The notes beneath the pieces were generated by a model. The model did no database searches, was not told the origin of the DNA, and saw nothing but the letters and a program-made list of their open reading frames with translations. Positions 38,119-52,443 of a stretch of 64,000 bases of DNA are shown piece by piece. This DNA comes from Klebsormidium nitens (Eukaryota > Plantae > Klebsormidiophyceae), in the NCBI GenBank assembly GCA_000708835.1, contig DF237016.1, forward strand, positions 62,001 to 126,000. The letters run 5' to 3'. Within the stretch, counting starts at the first letter, position 1. Every line of letters starts with the position of its first letter. The position numbers and the translations under genes are program-made.

Positions 38119-39528
38119 ATGTCGGCTTCCACGGCCCCTAGCAAAGATAGAGGCATGAGTGGGGAAGCGCAGCAGCTTTGCGGAACGTCTAAAAGGGGTC
38201 GCTTTCGAGAAAGCACCGAGAAGCCCTTGAACAAAACCAGGAGGAAAAGGACAACAGAGGAGATGCTTCCCTGTGACTCGACGCCTCCGGAACCTCTTCC
38301 TCGACGCAAGTTACTGCGCTTCATGAGAGACAAGGCAGATGAGGCTGGCATGAGGCAGCACGAAGATGAGGACGAGCAGAGATCGACCTGGATAGACAAA
38401 TTCGGAGCAATCGTTCAGCTTCCCTGGCCGCCTTATGGCTATTTCATTGATCCTAATTGTGTCAAGGAAACAGCTCCAGTCAGTGGCGTGTCGCTGGATC
38501 ATGAAGTAAAGCAGACCATTCTCACAGTCATTGCAAGAACGGAGGCGGCTGCAATGCGTAACTTTTCCAACTTGAGCTTGAAGGACAGGAACTGCGTGGC
38601 TGTTCAATCTGGCGTTTTGGCCACGTTCCACAAGATGGCCTCGAGCTTTAAAAGCGTAGATCTCCGACCAACGAATCCTACAACGCTTGGTTGGAACAAA
38701 ACCAAGCCGTTCGAAGGTTCAAGCAGAAAACAGAGGGAGACCTGGGGCTATGCCAAAGAGATGTTTGAAGAAGGCTTGCTTTCGTCAGACTCTGAGTGTG
38801 AGGGAGAGGCTGATGGAGTAGGTGAGGAGCAAGAGGTCAGGCAGATCAAAAAGCGCAAAGACGCAGACACCAAAGATGCTCTTTGCAAAATGGAAGACGT
38901 GAAAGACTGCTTCGAGCAGATGCTCGAGCAGTTTACAGATGACAGCACGATGCCTGTGGAGGTGTGAATGGTTGAACAAAGCTCCCTGGAATTGACTGCA
39001 GGGGTGATCCATGTCCATGCCAGCTTGAACAGCGAAGAATTTGGACCGAGGCTTTACCGCCTGCTAAACCGCTTGGCCCTGGTAATGGAGAGTAATCTGG
39101 ACAAACTGCAGCTCAGCCGAAACAGGGCCTCTGGAGAAGAGCATGCCTGGCGAGTGACTGTCGAAAACACGAAACAAGGCACTACTGCGAAGTGCTCAGT
39201 ATGGGGTATCCTCACCGACAATGACTCCTACCTCTTTCTGGTTTTGGAGGCTGCCTTGCGCAAAGATGGTTCGCAGAAATGGACCTTCTGCAAGGGAGGC
39301 CGTGTGCATCTGAGCCGCCGTTACAGTCTGCTTCTGTCCTCTAGGCTAGGGAGGTCCGCTGCTCCTGGAGCAAGCTCGTGCTTGGACAGGCTGGCGCAAT
39401 TCTTGGCACCTCAGCTGCGAGTAAAATCAGTAGCAGAAGTGAAGGAAGTTTTCGAGAGCGCAGAGGCGGAGAGGGTCGAGCAAGATGCAGACGTGGTCAA
39501 GGATTACAGAATCTATAGCAGGTACTAA
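38119..39528 (+). CDS. Intronless orphan protein split by one in-frame TGA (282 aa + 186 aa); C-terminal half has a Crinkler-type REase-like motif
   Basis: ORFs 38119-38967 and 38968-39528 are in the same frame (GAG GTG TGA ATG). The paralog at 36.8-37.3 kb aligns to both halves. VWGILTDNDSYLF resembles the GIvTdg..W.F motif of CR-REase domains; this was recognised by eye only. Confidence 0.55.
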
Positions 39529-40362
39529 CGTAGCGGTTTGTTTAAATGCACCCCCTTGAGCGGTTGTACTAAAGTTCGTGATGGTGGACTGCATCCTGTG
39601 CGACATGATCAGCTAGACGGTGTGTGCGCTTAAGTGTTCGTCTTTCTGGAATAAACCAGCAGCCAGCTAAGGCTCTTTCAAACGTAGGAGACGACCTGCA
39701 TTGAGAATCTGGATGTATGTTCGTCATGGATTGACAAGCAGAATCAATCACGGATTCGTGGATTAACGTTTGGATAAGCATCCTTGTCTGAGCAGCCGAA
39801 TCTGACAAATCTCAATATACTTCACAAGAGGATGAGGGTTCGACTGGCTGCTTCATGTTGATGTGACGGAAGGAAGCACATAGACTGTGCTTCTTTGATT
39901 TTAATCAGCCCTAACGGACGGCCGTGCTGTATACTATAGCATTGATAACGTTCATGGTCGTAAGCATCATCATGGTGTTTCATTTGATATAGTAGCATGT
40001 CGAAGCGATCATAAAGACCGTCCTTCGGAAAACAAGCTCACAACGATCGCACACTGCATCCTCACTCACCGCGTACATGATGCAAAGCAGAGTTTGAACT
40101 CGTAGCAGATGCTGTGGATTGAACATGTTTTCCTCGTTCTTTGAAAAGCTCTATGACAAAAAAACTCTTCTGTAAAGCTCAAGTACGTTGTATTGCATAT
40201 TGTGGACGCGCCGCAACGCTCGGTTTCTCCTGGATTTAGAGCACCTTCGCAAAATCCTACCACTGAGTACGCGCAAGGTACTTTGTTTTGTGGGGTTCTT
40301 ATGAAGCAACAGTTCCTTCGAACGCCGCTCGTCGACTTCCCTTCGTGTCCACCCCCGCCGCT

Positions 40363-43300
40363 CTAGTCCTTCCCTTCCGTCTTCTCCTTCCTGAGCGGGT
40401 TCAGATCCGCAAAGTAGTCCTCTCGCAGGGTGTCAGTACTAGCAGGGACGAAATGGCTGGCGGTCGCTTCCGGGGAGCTTTTCACTTCCTCTTCTACCTT
40501 CTCCCAACCCTCTGGCGACATCGAGAAGATCTGCGAGCTGGCGCCGGCCTGCAACGGGCTCCCTTCGAGCTGCTCGATGGACACGCCCGGGGGAGTGCTG
40601 ATGGGGATCGGCGGACTGGGGGAAGCGCTTCTTCCGGCGGCGGCGAGCGCGGCGTCTTCAGGCGTTTCTTCCGGAGCGGCCTCTTGCACAATCTTGCACG
40701 GGAATGTGAAAAGCAGCATCAGATCTCCAAAAGCTAGAAAACGAGCACGACTCTTGAGTAAGCGGGCCTTTGATCAGTGTCTACGCCTATCCGGAGACTT
40801 GGCGGACAAAGAGGACCGTCTGCAGGCTCAGTGCATTCTCGAAACGAGAAGCGCTCATCTGAATGGGCAGATCGAGTTTGATAAGATAACAGCTCGAACC
40901 ACAGATTGTGTGTCGCTTAAAATACTTGCATCAACGTCTACTCTTGAAAGTGATACCAACCGCTCGTAGAGCCTAAGCGGCGGGGTTACTGTTAAAGGAC
41001 TGCTTCTGGCTTAAGAGCAGCCACGAAGAGCAGAGACAAACGACTGCGCCTTTCGTCCCATGTCTTCAAGGTTCGACTTTCCGTTTCAGACTGGTGAGTA
41101 CCGAAGCGTCGTAGCTCTCGTGATGCGCAACTTTGGCCTTTCAGATTCACTCTTGCCGAAGAAACAAAGGGTTTCAAAACATTACCTGCACCGTTGTTTG
41201 ATGCTCCGGAGAAGACGATATCGTATCTGTAGACGGCGCCTGCTCTTGCTCTGCCACGTGTATCAACGGGGGTGCCTCCACGTCATACAGCAAGTCTCTT
41301 GGTGGAGCGTACTCACCCGCGCCCCTAGTGAAAAAGCGCTGCAAGCAGGAGTTTGAGGCCGTAAACTCTCTCATCGATTTCAAGGCTTCTTTCATTCTTC
41401 TGGATTGATACTTAGGGGTGAAGAATACGTAAATGATCAAGTATTGCAATGTGCCTACGGAAACTCAGACAGAATGACCCGTCTATAAACGCGTGTGTAT
41501 CAACTCTATTCAGCTTTAGACATCTGATGTCTTAAACCAGTTGTCCAAAATGGCCCTGTCGTTTCCATCGTCTGAGCGCTGAAGACTTTGCAGTATTGAA
41601 AGAGATACGGAGCGTGGGTAGTTTAGAGCGGCCCTCTATCGAGTACAGTACAGAAAATCTTCCCGCCCCCTTAATGGAGCCCTTCTTCTCAGATTTGGAA
41701 GAGTCTCCTTTTTTTTCGAACATTGAAGCATCAATTGGCTTCATTCCCATGAACATGGATTCAACATGATTACCTGATAGACATTGCGAGTCCCTGCGAC
41801 AAGCGCGTCTGACCACGTTGGAAAGGTTCGGAGGAGGAGCTCCCAAAGCAGGCAACCGGCGACGACAAGAATGCTGACTGCAGGGAATACCCAATGTTTC
41901 TCAGTCCTCCAAGAGAGTACCCGCTAGATATTAAAACCATAGATCAAGGCAAATCAGACGCTCCGACTTCCTGTTCTATAATAAGAAGCGTCTACGGGCA
42001 GAGGTCTGAGGGGAGCGTCAATTCACAGCTTGACGTTCGCGAAGTAACAGGGCATCCCAGATCCCATGCACTGTGCGAACAATGCTCAAAGAGGTGACAG
42101 AGGGAGGATAGGAAAGCACGAGGATAAGAGCAGCCCGCCCGTACCAGCGAAGCAGTCGAACCAAGTCCAGCCGTCGTCAGTGGACGATACGCAAGAGGAC
42201 GCCGGCAGGCTGATGCTAAGCAAGCGGTGGTTGCCCAGGTCAGACACGAGCAGGCTGCACGGCCGGCGACGCAGCAGCACGTCCGATGGGCCATTCAGGA
42301 GCCCTTGGTCGCCCCCGCTCCGCTCCAGTTCCGGCTTCGTGGTGGGCTTTCCGGCAATTGTAGAAACAAAACCTGAAGAAGGAATTGGTGGGCGGTTAGG
42401 AAGTGTACCCAGATCAGGATCTTCGTTGAGGTGCTCCGTGTCCTTTCTGCAGGATCTTCAAGTGCTTTGATTCCGAAGAATTGGCACTGAAGTTGGAATG
42501 TAGTTGCAAGCAGAAGGGAACTCTAACATCCAAGATGCTTCACCCTGCACATCCTAAGTTCGAGAATTCTTCCACTTGACCCGCAAACGACTTCAACGGA
42601 CATCGACTGACATTCTCGACGTTCTCTTAGTAATGCACTGGCACTTTAGCATGACCTTGATCAGAGTGCCTCCTCACCCATGTTATCGAGCATCCTGATG
42701 GCGTTGTTGCCAGCATCGGCAATGTACAGGTTGCCTGCATCGTCTGCCTCGACGCCTTCAATCTTCTCGAAGAGGGCAGTCAATGCAGGGCCATCGTTGT
42801 AGCCCTTCTTCCGACTGCCAGCCAGCGTCTGGATGGTGCCTGCTCGAAAACATTCTGTAAGACCGCTGGTTTGCGCTGGATTTCGTTGCCAGATTCTTTG
42901 CAAAGCACTGAAAATGAAACATCATTGAAGCACTACACTGGTCAATCTAGTCAGGTACGAAAAAAGCCTCCGTTGAAATACGCACAGGTAGATCATAGCT
43001 CTACTTGAAAGCAAAGAAAGATGTCAAACGAAGGGGCCTTTCTGAGTTTTCGAAGCAGCACTTTCCCACTGTGAAGGCTTCACTCGTCTTTCCGGAAGGA
43101 AGGCAACTCGCAGCAGGACTCGTCTTAGCTGGTGAAGGTCAGAAATCTTTCTCCTTACCGTTGCTGTGCAACACGCTGATTGCTGCATGGTTGTTCACAA
43201 AGAGGAGGCCCTCATAGAAAGCTCTGCTGGTTTGGCCGCTTGCCTTCACAAACTGGCCAATGTTTGCAGAAGTTTCGTTCACATGTCTGATTGTGGTCAC

Positions 43301-43679
43301 AACATAGTCTGGAGTGGATTGAGCTGCAAGAGAGAATGTAAGAGCTGGTGTAAGGCCTGGAGTCTAAGATTAATGTCTTGGCGCAGTGGTAGAGCTTCAA
43401 ACAAAGTGACCGTTAAAACATATATTGACCTGTCCAAATCGAAGAAAACGCCCCTTGCTGTTCCTCCGCACTTTCTTGAACAAAACAACGTTGAAAACCC
43501 CCTCGCAAGCATGCCCATATTGCAGGCATTGCCCCATGCACCACCAAAATTACTACAGGGCTGAACCAACGGCAACTTTTCTACGTGGGAGTCAGCCACT
43601 CACAGAATGATCCACGATACCTACCTGTCTGAAGAAGCTGAAATATGTGGAGAGCTGCGCAAAGAATGCGTGACTTCAT
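40363..43679 (-). CDS. NHL-repeat, single-pass membrane protein with a signal peptide (plant NHL-domain type)
   Basis: ATG at 43679 (MKSRILCAALHIFQLLQT). NHL repeats TLAGSRKKGYNDGP..GNLYIADAGNNAIR and TIAG..LNGPSDV..LLVSDLGNHRL. Hydrophobic segment VSILVVAGCLLWELLL and a low-complexity tail ending at 40363. The 3' exon junctions are less certain. Confidence 0.72.
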
Positions 43680-44863
43680 TTTGTGAAGTAGTCAGATTGC
43701 AAAGAAGGGCATGCTTTAGGAAACCCGCAGAGGTTTTATCAGCTGGCCTCCACTTCCAAGATTGTAGCGCGCACCTCATCAAGCTGAGGCAATGAATCAA
43801 GCTCTCCCTCTCTCATTTCCGAAAGGAACGGATACAGGCTCCGCCTGCTCTACAACGAAGATTGTGCTTCATCATCATGAGTGTAGTCCTACTGATTCAA
43901 TTGTTACGTAGGCAGACTGCAAAGGTTATTGACGTCATCATGACGAATCAATTGCCGGGAGGAGCAGCTAGGCGACCGCTCCGCTGTATGTCCGTTCCTT
44001 TCGCGTTGAGGTTCTATCGGAACGGAGCTTGGCAGAGCGATCGCGCGCAGAGTTATGGTGCATGGCGCGGCGCAGTCTTGCCCAAGTGTATATGTGCACG
44101 GGTCGCCCATTCCACAATCTGGCACTGACAGTGTGCTTATGCAGCTAGCGATCGGCGCCAACAGCTGCAGCACCAGCCCGCAAGAAGCGGACTTGTGTAT
44201 ACGTTTCTGGCACGGCAAGTAATTAGCTTATTCTAGAGCTCTTCTAAGAGAGTAATGATCTAATTAAAGAGCTTCAATCAGGCTTGCCATGCCATACAAA
44301 CGCACAGCCAGCGGATGATGATTCGAGCTGGGTACATTCCGGTGCACTGCATGACAATGATTGAACAAGTCAGGCCGGCGCAGTCACAATCATCCGCACA
44401 CTGACAGGTTTAATTTGGGCAACATGCGGCACATGCTCAAATCTGCGGCAGGCATCCATGTGGTTTTGCACGTACATGCGTACGTGCGGGGCAGGCTGGC
44501 ACGTCAATGTCCCGGGCCCGGCTGTCAAAGTCAGTGCACATGCATGAAGATGTTTGAAGCCATGGCAGCCGCCTGCGCCGCCTGGCAACGAGCTGCAATA
44601 ATGGCGCCGCTGAACTCGCTAGCTTGGATATGGGCACAGGGTCGGTCAAGCACGACTACTTGAGGGAACACAGATTCGTGCGTGTCGAAAGGCGAATCTG
44701 ATCTCAATACGGCCGAGCTAGATGGCCGAATGTAAGGAGTGGTGTAGGCGTCGTATATTTGGAATGAACGCCTATAGGATCACTGAAACGCAGCCTGAGC
44801 CAGTGCCATTGAATCCCGAGTAAGGACAAGGGCGCTACCGTGGTCGTAACAGACGGACACGTT

Positions 44864-47800
44864 TTAGAAGCTGATAGTTTGTTGATCAGAAGGTGCTGCG
44901 CACTGCCACAAGCTCCGGTACGACTCCAGTTCGGCAGCCTTGATGCCAAAGTGAGCAAGCTGACGACCGTACTCCTGCAAGAGGAAAAGAAGTAAATTCG
45001 TCACAGCGTTCTCGAGTGGCCTAAGACATCGTCGCGCAGTCACCGACCAACATGTGGATGCCTACAGCGTGAGCGAATTGATGTCGTAGGGAGGCCCAGA
45101 TGAGGCCTACTTTTAACCCCAGTTTCCTTCTTGTACTTTTTTCGTCACTATTCTTTCTCGTAGATCACTTGGCGAGATCCTGAACCTGCACGTGCATTCA
45201 AGAAGCACAACACAAGACCACGTGTGCACCGTTTCCGCCCAATCCGAAACGACTTCGCAGCACAGTCGAGCGGCCTACGGACAAAACGAAAGGCGACTCG
45301 GCCCCTTACTTGAGCGTCCAAGAAGAGCTGCGCGACCATCTTGTCCGTGTCCGAGATCGCACTCGCCCCGGTGTCCGCCCCGGCTCCCCGTCCCCGGCCG
45401 CTCTGCTTCAGCCGCTTGATAGCAGACTCTGCTTTTCGGACCTGCCAGAACAACGAACGGCAAATCGGACAACGAACCAAGCCCGAAACCAATCCGCTTG
45501 GGTAGAGGAGCAATCCGAAGAGTTACTGCTAAGGGGAGAGTCCGTTGCCACAAGCGGTTGTATGCTTTCTGGACTAGCTGAAGAGCTCGCGAGCAGGAGT
45601 GCATCTCCAGGTTGTCCGCCAAAGAAAAGCTGAGTATGGGGTCACCAGAACCGCTTCTGACACATGCATTTTCTACATTAAGGGGTCACAATGTACCAGG
45701 GCCAGGCTCTATGAAACCGCTCGAGAGCGGTAAGACTTGGAATCAGTCATTGCACGGCCTCCCGCTCCTCATCTTATGGCAACGCAGTTGAAAGTGAAGT
45801 TGGGGTGGTCCTTACGGAGGTGACCAGCTCCCTCGCGATCTCGTCGAAGCGCGCCGTGACTTTTTCAATCACGACATTGACCACCTCACTGCGCGCATCA
45901 GCACTGAGGTAGACCCCCTTCTCGCCATTGACAAGATCCTGCAGCCCAATGGGCGACGTCAGCAAGAAAGTCAAGAGACCAATGCGCATCGGAGCGCGTG
46001 ACTCTAAGAAAAAATCTTAGGATACAAGAAGCGGACAAGAACACCTACTGTGCGTCCCAAAGGTTGGTCAACGTAAAAGGAGCGCTCGTTTGATGACGCG
46101 TACAGGAATTATTTTGCGGGGTGCTCTTTGATCGTGCAAAGGGTGACCAGGCTGGGCGCGGTGGCAGCTGCTGACAGACTTGCTCTAATCTACGAACAAT
46201 CAAGTACAACAATAAGTCTCGGAGAAAACCTCATGACCCGCCAGTACTGTCGAATTCGATTGGTAAAAATGTAAACGGCGTTGGACAAAAGGTGCAGATC
46301 CAACAGGTGTTTTGTTCCCAACACTTGAGCGACTGTAACGCACAAGCTGGACTCAGTAGGAAAGCATGCGTTGCCGTCTAGAATACTTGTCGCCTTTAGT
46401 AGTCCCTTACCGAGCAATTCACGTAAATGATACCATGCAAACTGTCCATGTCTTACCTTCAGGCTCTTCAGTATGTGGGTCACATACGGTGAGTGCTTTG
46501 TTGGCAGCTGCTTGTTGGTCATTCTGTACGCCGCCGAGATCCCCTTGAGCTGCTTCACAACCTGCAACCCAGGCTCTCGCACATCAGCGAACCCTGTGTT
46601 CAGAAACCGAACCACTTTTCTGCGTTGTTCGAATCCACCTTACTTGATCAGAGCGGCACAACAGAATTACCCTATCAAAGTGCGCGACGAACGTGGAGAT
46701 TGGTCGATGTGAACAGTATGCAAGCACACGACTGCCACAGCTCTCGGTCATATAACGCGACCGCACACTCTGCCCTGAAAGCTCAGACTTCAGAGGTCTG
46801 AAACAACCCGGCTTCAGGCCTAGACAGTTGGCTCCTCCGCTTTCACGTGCTGTCCTGTGACTGTCAGGATCAACTGAAACTACCAGCCTCAAGTAATCTA
46901 CCGCAAGTCAACTTGCTTGAGGGACAGCGAACCCTGTTTCAAGCATGCTGGACGCTAGGACAACCGCTGGGACAACGAGATATACCAATAGTTGCACAGG
47001 CCCCGCATAAACGAGCATTTCCCCATCCACTCGACGGTGACGAGGGCAGGGAACGTTTCCGGTAACGGAGAGTCCATCTCACGCGATGACCACCATCTGT
47101 CTGAGACACTACTTGCCGAAAAGGTATTTTATTCACTGGTAATCGTTCCTGAAACACGTGACTCCACGAAAGCCGCAAAACGTGGTCGGAAACGTCCCAG
47201 AACCGTACCTCAACACACTTGTCTGCGAGCCCCTCCGTGACCACCTCCGTGACTGTGGGTACTTGTACCTCCAGCCCATCTGCGCTCGAGGCAACAGTCT
47301 GCCGCACGGACTCCACTGCCTCCGCTGGCAGAGTACCCATCTTGCTGGCCACGCTCGCCGCAAACGGACCCCGGACTAGTTGTACCACGGCCTCCACATC
47401 ATGCCGAACCTGAGGGAAAGACGGGAACCAATCACCAACATGCTTTCTCAGACAGACGCTTCCTTGTTTGTCATATGCTGATCTTGAGAGTAAAACACTG
47501 ACCAAAGTCTACTCGCTCGCCAACCGGACCCTTCCGGAGGCCGCACTCCCTCTACGCGTGCTCGTTCCATCTGAGTCAATAAAGAACGCACGTGAACAGG
47601 CGCAACACCGTGCTCGGTTGCTGACGCAAAGTTTGATATGGAGCACACTCGAGGATCTTCCAACTTTGCAGATCGGCCAGCACAAGCAGCACTACAGAAG
47701 CAAGGGTAGTACTTCGCACGAGCGTACCAGTACGAAGTCCTCGGCTTGGGCCACCCTGGCCCACTCGCCGCCGCCCTCCGAGCTAGCCGTTTTCCGCGCC

Positions 47801-50800
47801 TCACAGCCTTTTCGGAGCCACGTAGTGTACCTGGGGAGATGACGCCCGAGTCAATGGAGATCACTTTACCAGCACTTGAGCTTGAAGAAAAACTTCATAG
47901 TTCTTAGTCCTTGAGCAGCGCAGGAGAAGGAACACGCTATGTTAGAATTAAGCACTGATGAGCAACGTCCCTGATTCAGCTCCGAGAAGGTCAACCTCGG
48001 ACTCTCATTCTATCACTCTTCCTCCATGATAACGGGGAAATGTCCTGGAATGGTACTCAGGACGATTGCTGTGCCAAGCACTCATCCGTCGTCTCTCAAT
48101 CGACCCGCAAACGCGTAGCTTCCAGCAAGCCAGATCCTGCTTTATCAACACTGAACCAAAAATACGACGACTTTCATTTGATGCTGAGCATGCAAGAGTG
48201 TCTCTCCGGGGCCCCACCTGGCCACCAGCTGCAGCGTGAGCCGGAGGAACCTGTCGGCCGCGGTGGGGATGTAGATGTCGTCCTTCCAGCAGCGCTGCAA
48301 GCTGTCCCACAGCACGGCGCTCGGTTGCAGGGCCAGGCTGAGGCGGCCGTCGGGGCCGCGCACGGGGGACGGGTGAGCGAGGGGGGCCACCGGGGCAATC
48401 AGGACCTTGTCCAGCGACTCGGCGATGTCCTGGAACCTGAAACGGGAAAGGCGGAGGAACGGGGCTGACATTAGTATAAAGGGTAGCGATTTTGAGGACA
48501 GGGTCAGCTTTTCGTGAGGGATTACCGAAGAAGTCAGCGTTTGAGTCAGATATTTAAGAGAGTTCGTAGCAGAAAAAGCTGGTACGAAGTGCTTATGTGA
48601 GCGGTCCTGCTTGGGGGCGTTCCTGACTTTGAGCCGGAGTATCCATTAAGGCTTCCCCGCAAACTTGAGGCACGAATGCAGAGAGCTAAACCCGACACTG
48701 CAGCGCCGAAGTGCTAGCGACGCTGGTCTGGCATGTGCACGTACGAATTTCAACCACGTCAAAGCGTTTGGCTCTGACGTCAGCCCAAGCGCTCACCTGC
48801 CTTCAATCTGCCGTAGTCGGACTGCTGAAACGAAGGGGGTAGAATCAAGGGCGCTCACCTGATCGAAAAGTAGGCGGGCAGGTTCCACTGCTTCACGAAG
48901 TCAGCGTATGCGGGCTGGGACCGGAACTTGAGCAGCTGCGCCTGGGTGGGGCAGTAGCCTGTGGTGGCAGAAAGAAAAGTATGGTCGGCGAGAGGGAGAG
49001 CGCCAAAGCGGGACAAGAAAGTGCGGAACGTCGTCCAAACGACCTTAGACCGTAAAAATCTGGAAAAAAAGGGGCGGTTCCTCCCATCTTCGAAGTGGCC
49101 GCTTGGATAAAATGGAGACAAACACGGTGTTGTTGTCAAGCACCACTAGATTTTCCCGGTACAGGCCAGCTTTGTGCTTACGAGGAAGAATTAACGTAGA
49201 GTTAGCCGTGATCGCCTTGAAGATGGGACGATGGCGGAACGATGATATGAAGCCGCTCTTGCCGTGGAATACAGCAGCTTCGTGGAGATGCTGAGCGAGC
49301 CCCTCAACTCCGCCCCCTGGGTCCAAAACCTCATCGTAAAGCGGTCCGGAAAAGGAAACTTCCGAGCAAGGAAAGCTTTGAAATTGAGTAGCCTCCCCTT
49401 TCAGCGAACGTTGACCCTGAGTATCTGACCCAGAGAAGCAAAGCCCCAGGAAGCAATTGAGGCGTTGAACAGAATCCTGAACCAGGAAAAGCCACAGTTC
49501 CCGTTCGGCCATCCGAAGACAAGCCTCCTGAAGCTGCCCGATACACCACCTGACCCCACTATTTCCCACTTGTACAAAATGAACGTTGTCAAATGGCACA
49601 GCGACTCCAGGAACGGCTTGGCTGGGGCTGACCTTCAAGGATGTCGAGGAAGTAGAGGCTGGCCTTGTAGTTGACCAGGAACTCGTCCGGCTTGCCCGGG
49701 GAAAAGGCGCCGGGGCGGTTCTTGGAGATGGCGGAATGGACCTCCCGCAGGACCGAGTTGGCCAAGAAGTGGAACGCGTGGAGCCCCGAGTTAGCTGCGA
49801 GGAAGCAACGGGAACACTAGTAAAAGTACTCCCGAATTTACTGCAAGTTATAAGTTCTCGATGACATAACAGGATCGGAAGGCAGACTTTTGGAAAAGTT
49901 TCGGCCTGCAAAGGAGGTCTCAAATTACTGAGGACATGACGAAGCGAAAGCTGTCGGAGAATATGGAACCAGTTATTGAAAGGAGGCCAGCAAGCAAACG
50001 AGCAACGCTTCTCGTTCCATCTTGAAGATGCTGACGTGCTGATCCATAGCAAAAGTTCTGCAAGGGTCAGGGACAGGGCGTAGAGCTCCCCCTACCAGCA
50101 CCTTGCATCTCGGATCCGACTCCCAGACTACCCATACAGACATGATCGTTCTCACGAGGCAAGTTGTGCCGTGCAGTGCGAAGCAGTCTCAACCCACTCA
50201 CGCTGGTCCACGATCTCCAGCAGGAACTTGCAGTCCCGCTCGATACGCTCCCGCACTCCGGCATACACATCTGTCAGCGTCGCGGCCCCTTTCGCCTGGC
50301 CCCCTGGAACGAGCTCTGCAACAAACGGAGTGACAATAGCGGCCCGGAAGGCCTCCTCAGCGCCCGCGGCGTTGTCAATGGACGCGTAGGCGCGCAAGCA
50401 GTGGTAGATGACAGCGGTGTCCCGGCGTTGCAGGCCGCCCTCGAGGCACGCCTGGAGGTGGCTGTTGAGGGTGGCGCTCGCAGCGGAGATGCGCTTCTGC
50501 ATGCTCTGGATGAACGGCAGCTCCTGAAAAGGGAGTTTGGAAAGCAAGGTGAGGAAGATGGGATGGGCAGGAAGGACGGCGGCTAATAGAAAGAAAGGAT
50601 GAGGTGGCGGCCTGGAATGCCAGATCAAAGAGACTTCTGGGTGAAGTAAGGAATCCACTCTGTTGAGGAGGAGAAATGGCTGAGTAAGTGCGAAACCCGG
50701 TCGTTGTTTTCAGGTTCTGTGATGAGCCTTGAGATGCACAAGAGTGAGGGTTTGGTTTCTCAGATAGGTTACTACCTATCTAGCAAATGATGATTTCCTC

Positions 50801-52443
50801 CACGTAAAGGGCGGCCTCCTGGAAGACAGGAAGGTAGCTTCAGAAGTAAAGAAACGAGACTGTGTACCAGATTGCCAGAAGTCACAGATAAGCAGGTTAT
50901 AACCTGACAGTCAGAGCCTCTGGTGGAGAATCTGGCTAAGAATCGGTTCTCACTGAGCTTGAGGGAGTGTATGACTGGCACCAGTTCTGCCATCGTTACG
51001 ATTTGCGAGCAGGCGAATGGTTGTAAAATTCAAGAGGGGCCCAGTGAAAGTCTTGGGGATGAAAATTCAATTGCCCATCAGGGCATAGATCATCAACAGA
51101 AAACACCGCCTGAGTTTTCAAAGGGTAAGGAGACTGCTGCAGCACCAATCACAAATGCTACATCACAGTGAACAACTGCGGTGGGCGTCATTTGTGATTG
51201 CACAGCTCCAGATCCGCGTCCCTTGCCATCAGATGACCTTGAGAAGATTTTGAAAGGAAGTTGTGCATGGTCAGAGACCCCATCCTTAGGAGGCACTTAC
51301 GGCAGCCCTGGCCACATAGAACCGGAGCCTGTTCATCTCGCTGGCAATGCGCTCCAACAACCTACTCCGTGCCTCCTCCGTCCCCACCCCTTCCCCAAAC
51401 CCGTCCCTGCCCAGTGCTCCACTCGCTTTGGAAGAAGCTCCATTCTCCGCACCTCCGTTGGCGGAGGCGCTCTCAAGTTCCAGCAACAGCTTTTCAACCT
51501 GCCAGTATAGCATGGGCGGGCTTGTAGAGTTCGTGCTCAAGATTCCAAAGTGCAGATTCAGGAATCAAACGTATCATACAAATTTGATACCGGCACCACA
51601 TCTCAGTTGAATCTGGAACAGGAACTTCAAGCTTGGTGTCCCGATTCTCAATTTAGACCCGTACAACATCGTATGTGAGGTGAGCAAGAGGACCGCAGCT
51701 TGTGGGAGAAAAAAGGAGCAGTACGGGAACAGAGATGACATAAGTATGGGGCTCTAATGGGACTCACCTTTGAGACTACGTGAGAAGTATCAAGCAGCAA
51801 TTCGAGCATCTCGCGAGCGGCGGAAGTCTCCGCTCGCCTCTTCAGCCCCTCCTGCAAGGCGTCCAGGGACACCGCTACACTGTCCCGCACAGCCAAAAGC
51901 TTGTTTCTGCAAATCACCGACAGCGGGGTTTACTGACGCTGGAAACTTCCTAGAGTAAGATGAACAGGCGTTCTCCAGCGCTGTCCTACATTTGCACTGC
52001 ATAATAGACTGAAGCTCTCCTGGGGGGGATTGTGATCCTGAAAAATGCAAAAGGGCAGTATCACGTGCGCATTTGGTGGCTGCGTCGTCTTGAAACCCTT
52101 GACAACTGGACCAGGCTTCTCACCTAAGCTCGCTGAGCGGCATCCGCATCCGCAAAACTGCCCCATCGACGTCCGTCAGCTTTGTGCTCAGATTGACAAA
52201 GTCGGTGTAATCCCTGTTGATCAGCTCCACCAATTCATTTTGCAGGCCTGTCAAATGGCTCTTCAACTCAGCCCGCAGCGTGTCCAACGGCACAAACCTC
52301 CGTAGATCTGTGACATAAATCTCTGCATCGAAGTCTTTGTCAAGGAACGCATCTTTTTTGAACCAAAGGGGCTGGGAGTCTGTGTCATCGCCAAACAGCG
52401 CAGCAACATTGGATGGTCGGGGCGAATCTGCATTCGCTGCCAT
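44864..52443 (-). CDS. COG2: Conserved oligomeric Golgi complex subunit 2
   Basis: N-terminus PLWFKKDAFLDKDFDAEIYVTDLRRFVPLDTLRAEL..LVELINRDYTDFVNLSTKL; internal RLQLVARW and AAYRMTNKQLPTKHSPYV; C-terminus SDTDKMVAQLFLDAQEYGRQL...TISF* (TAA at 44864-44866). Multi-exon. Confidence 0.93.
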
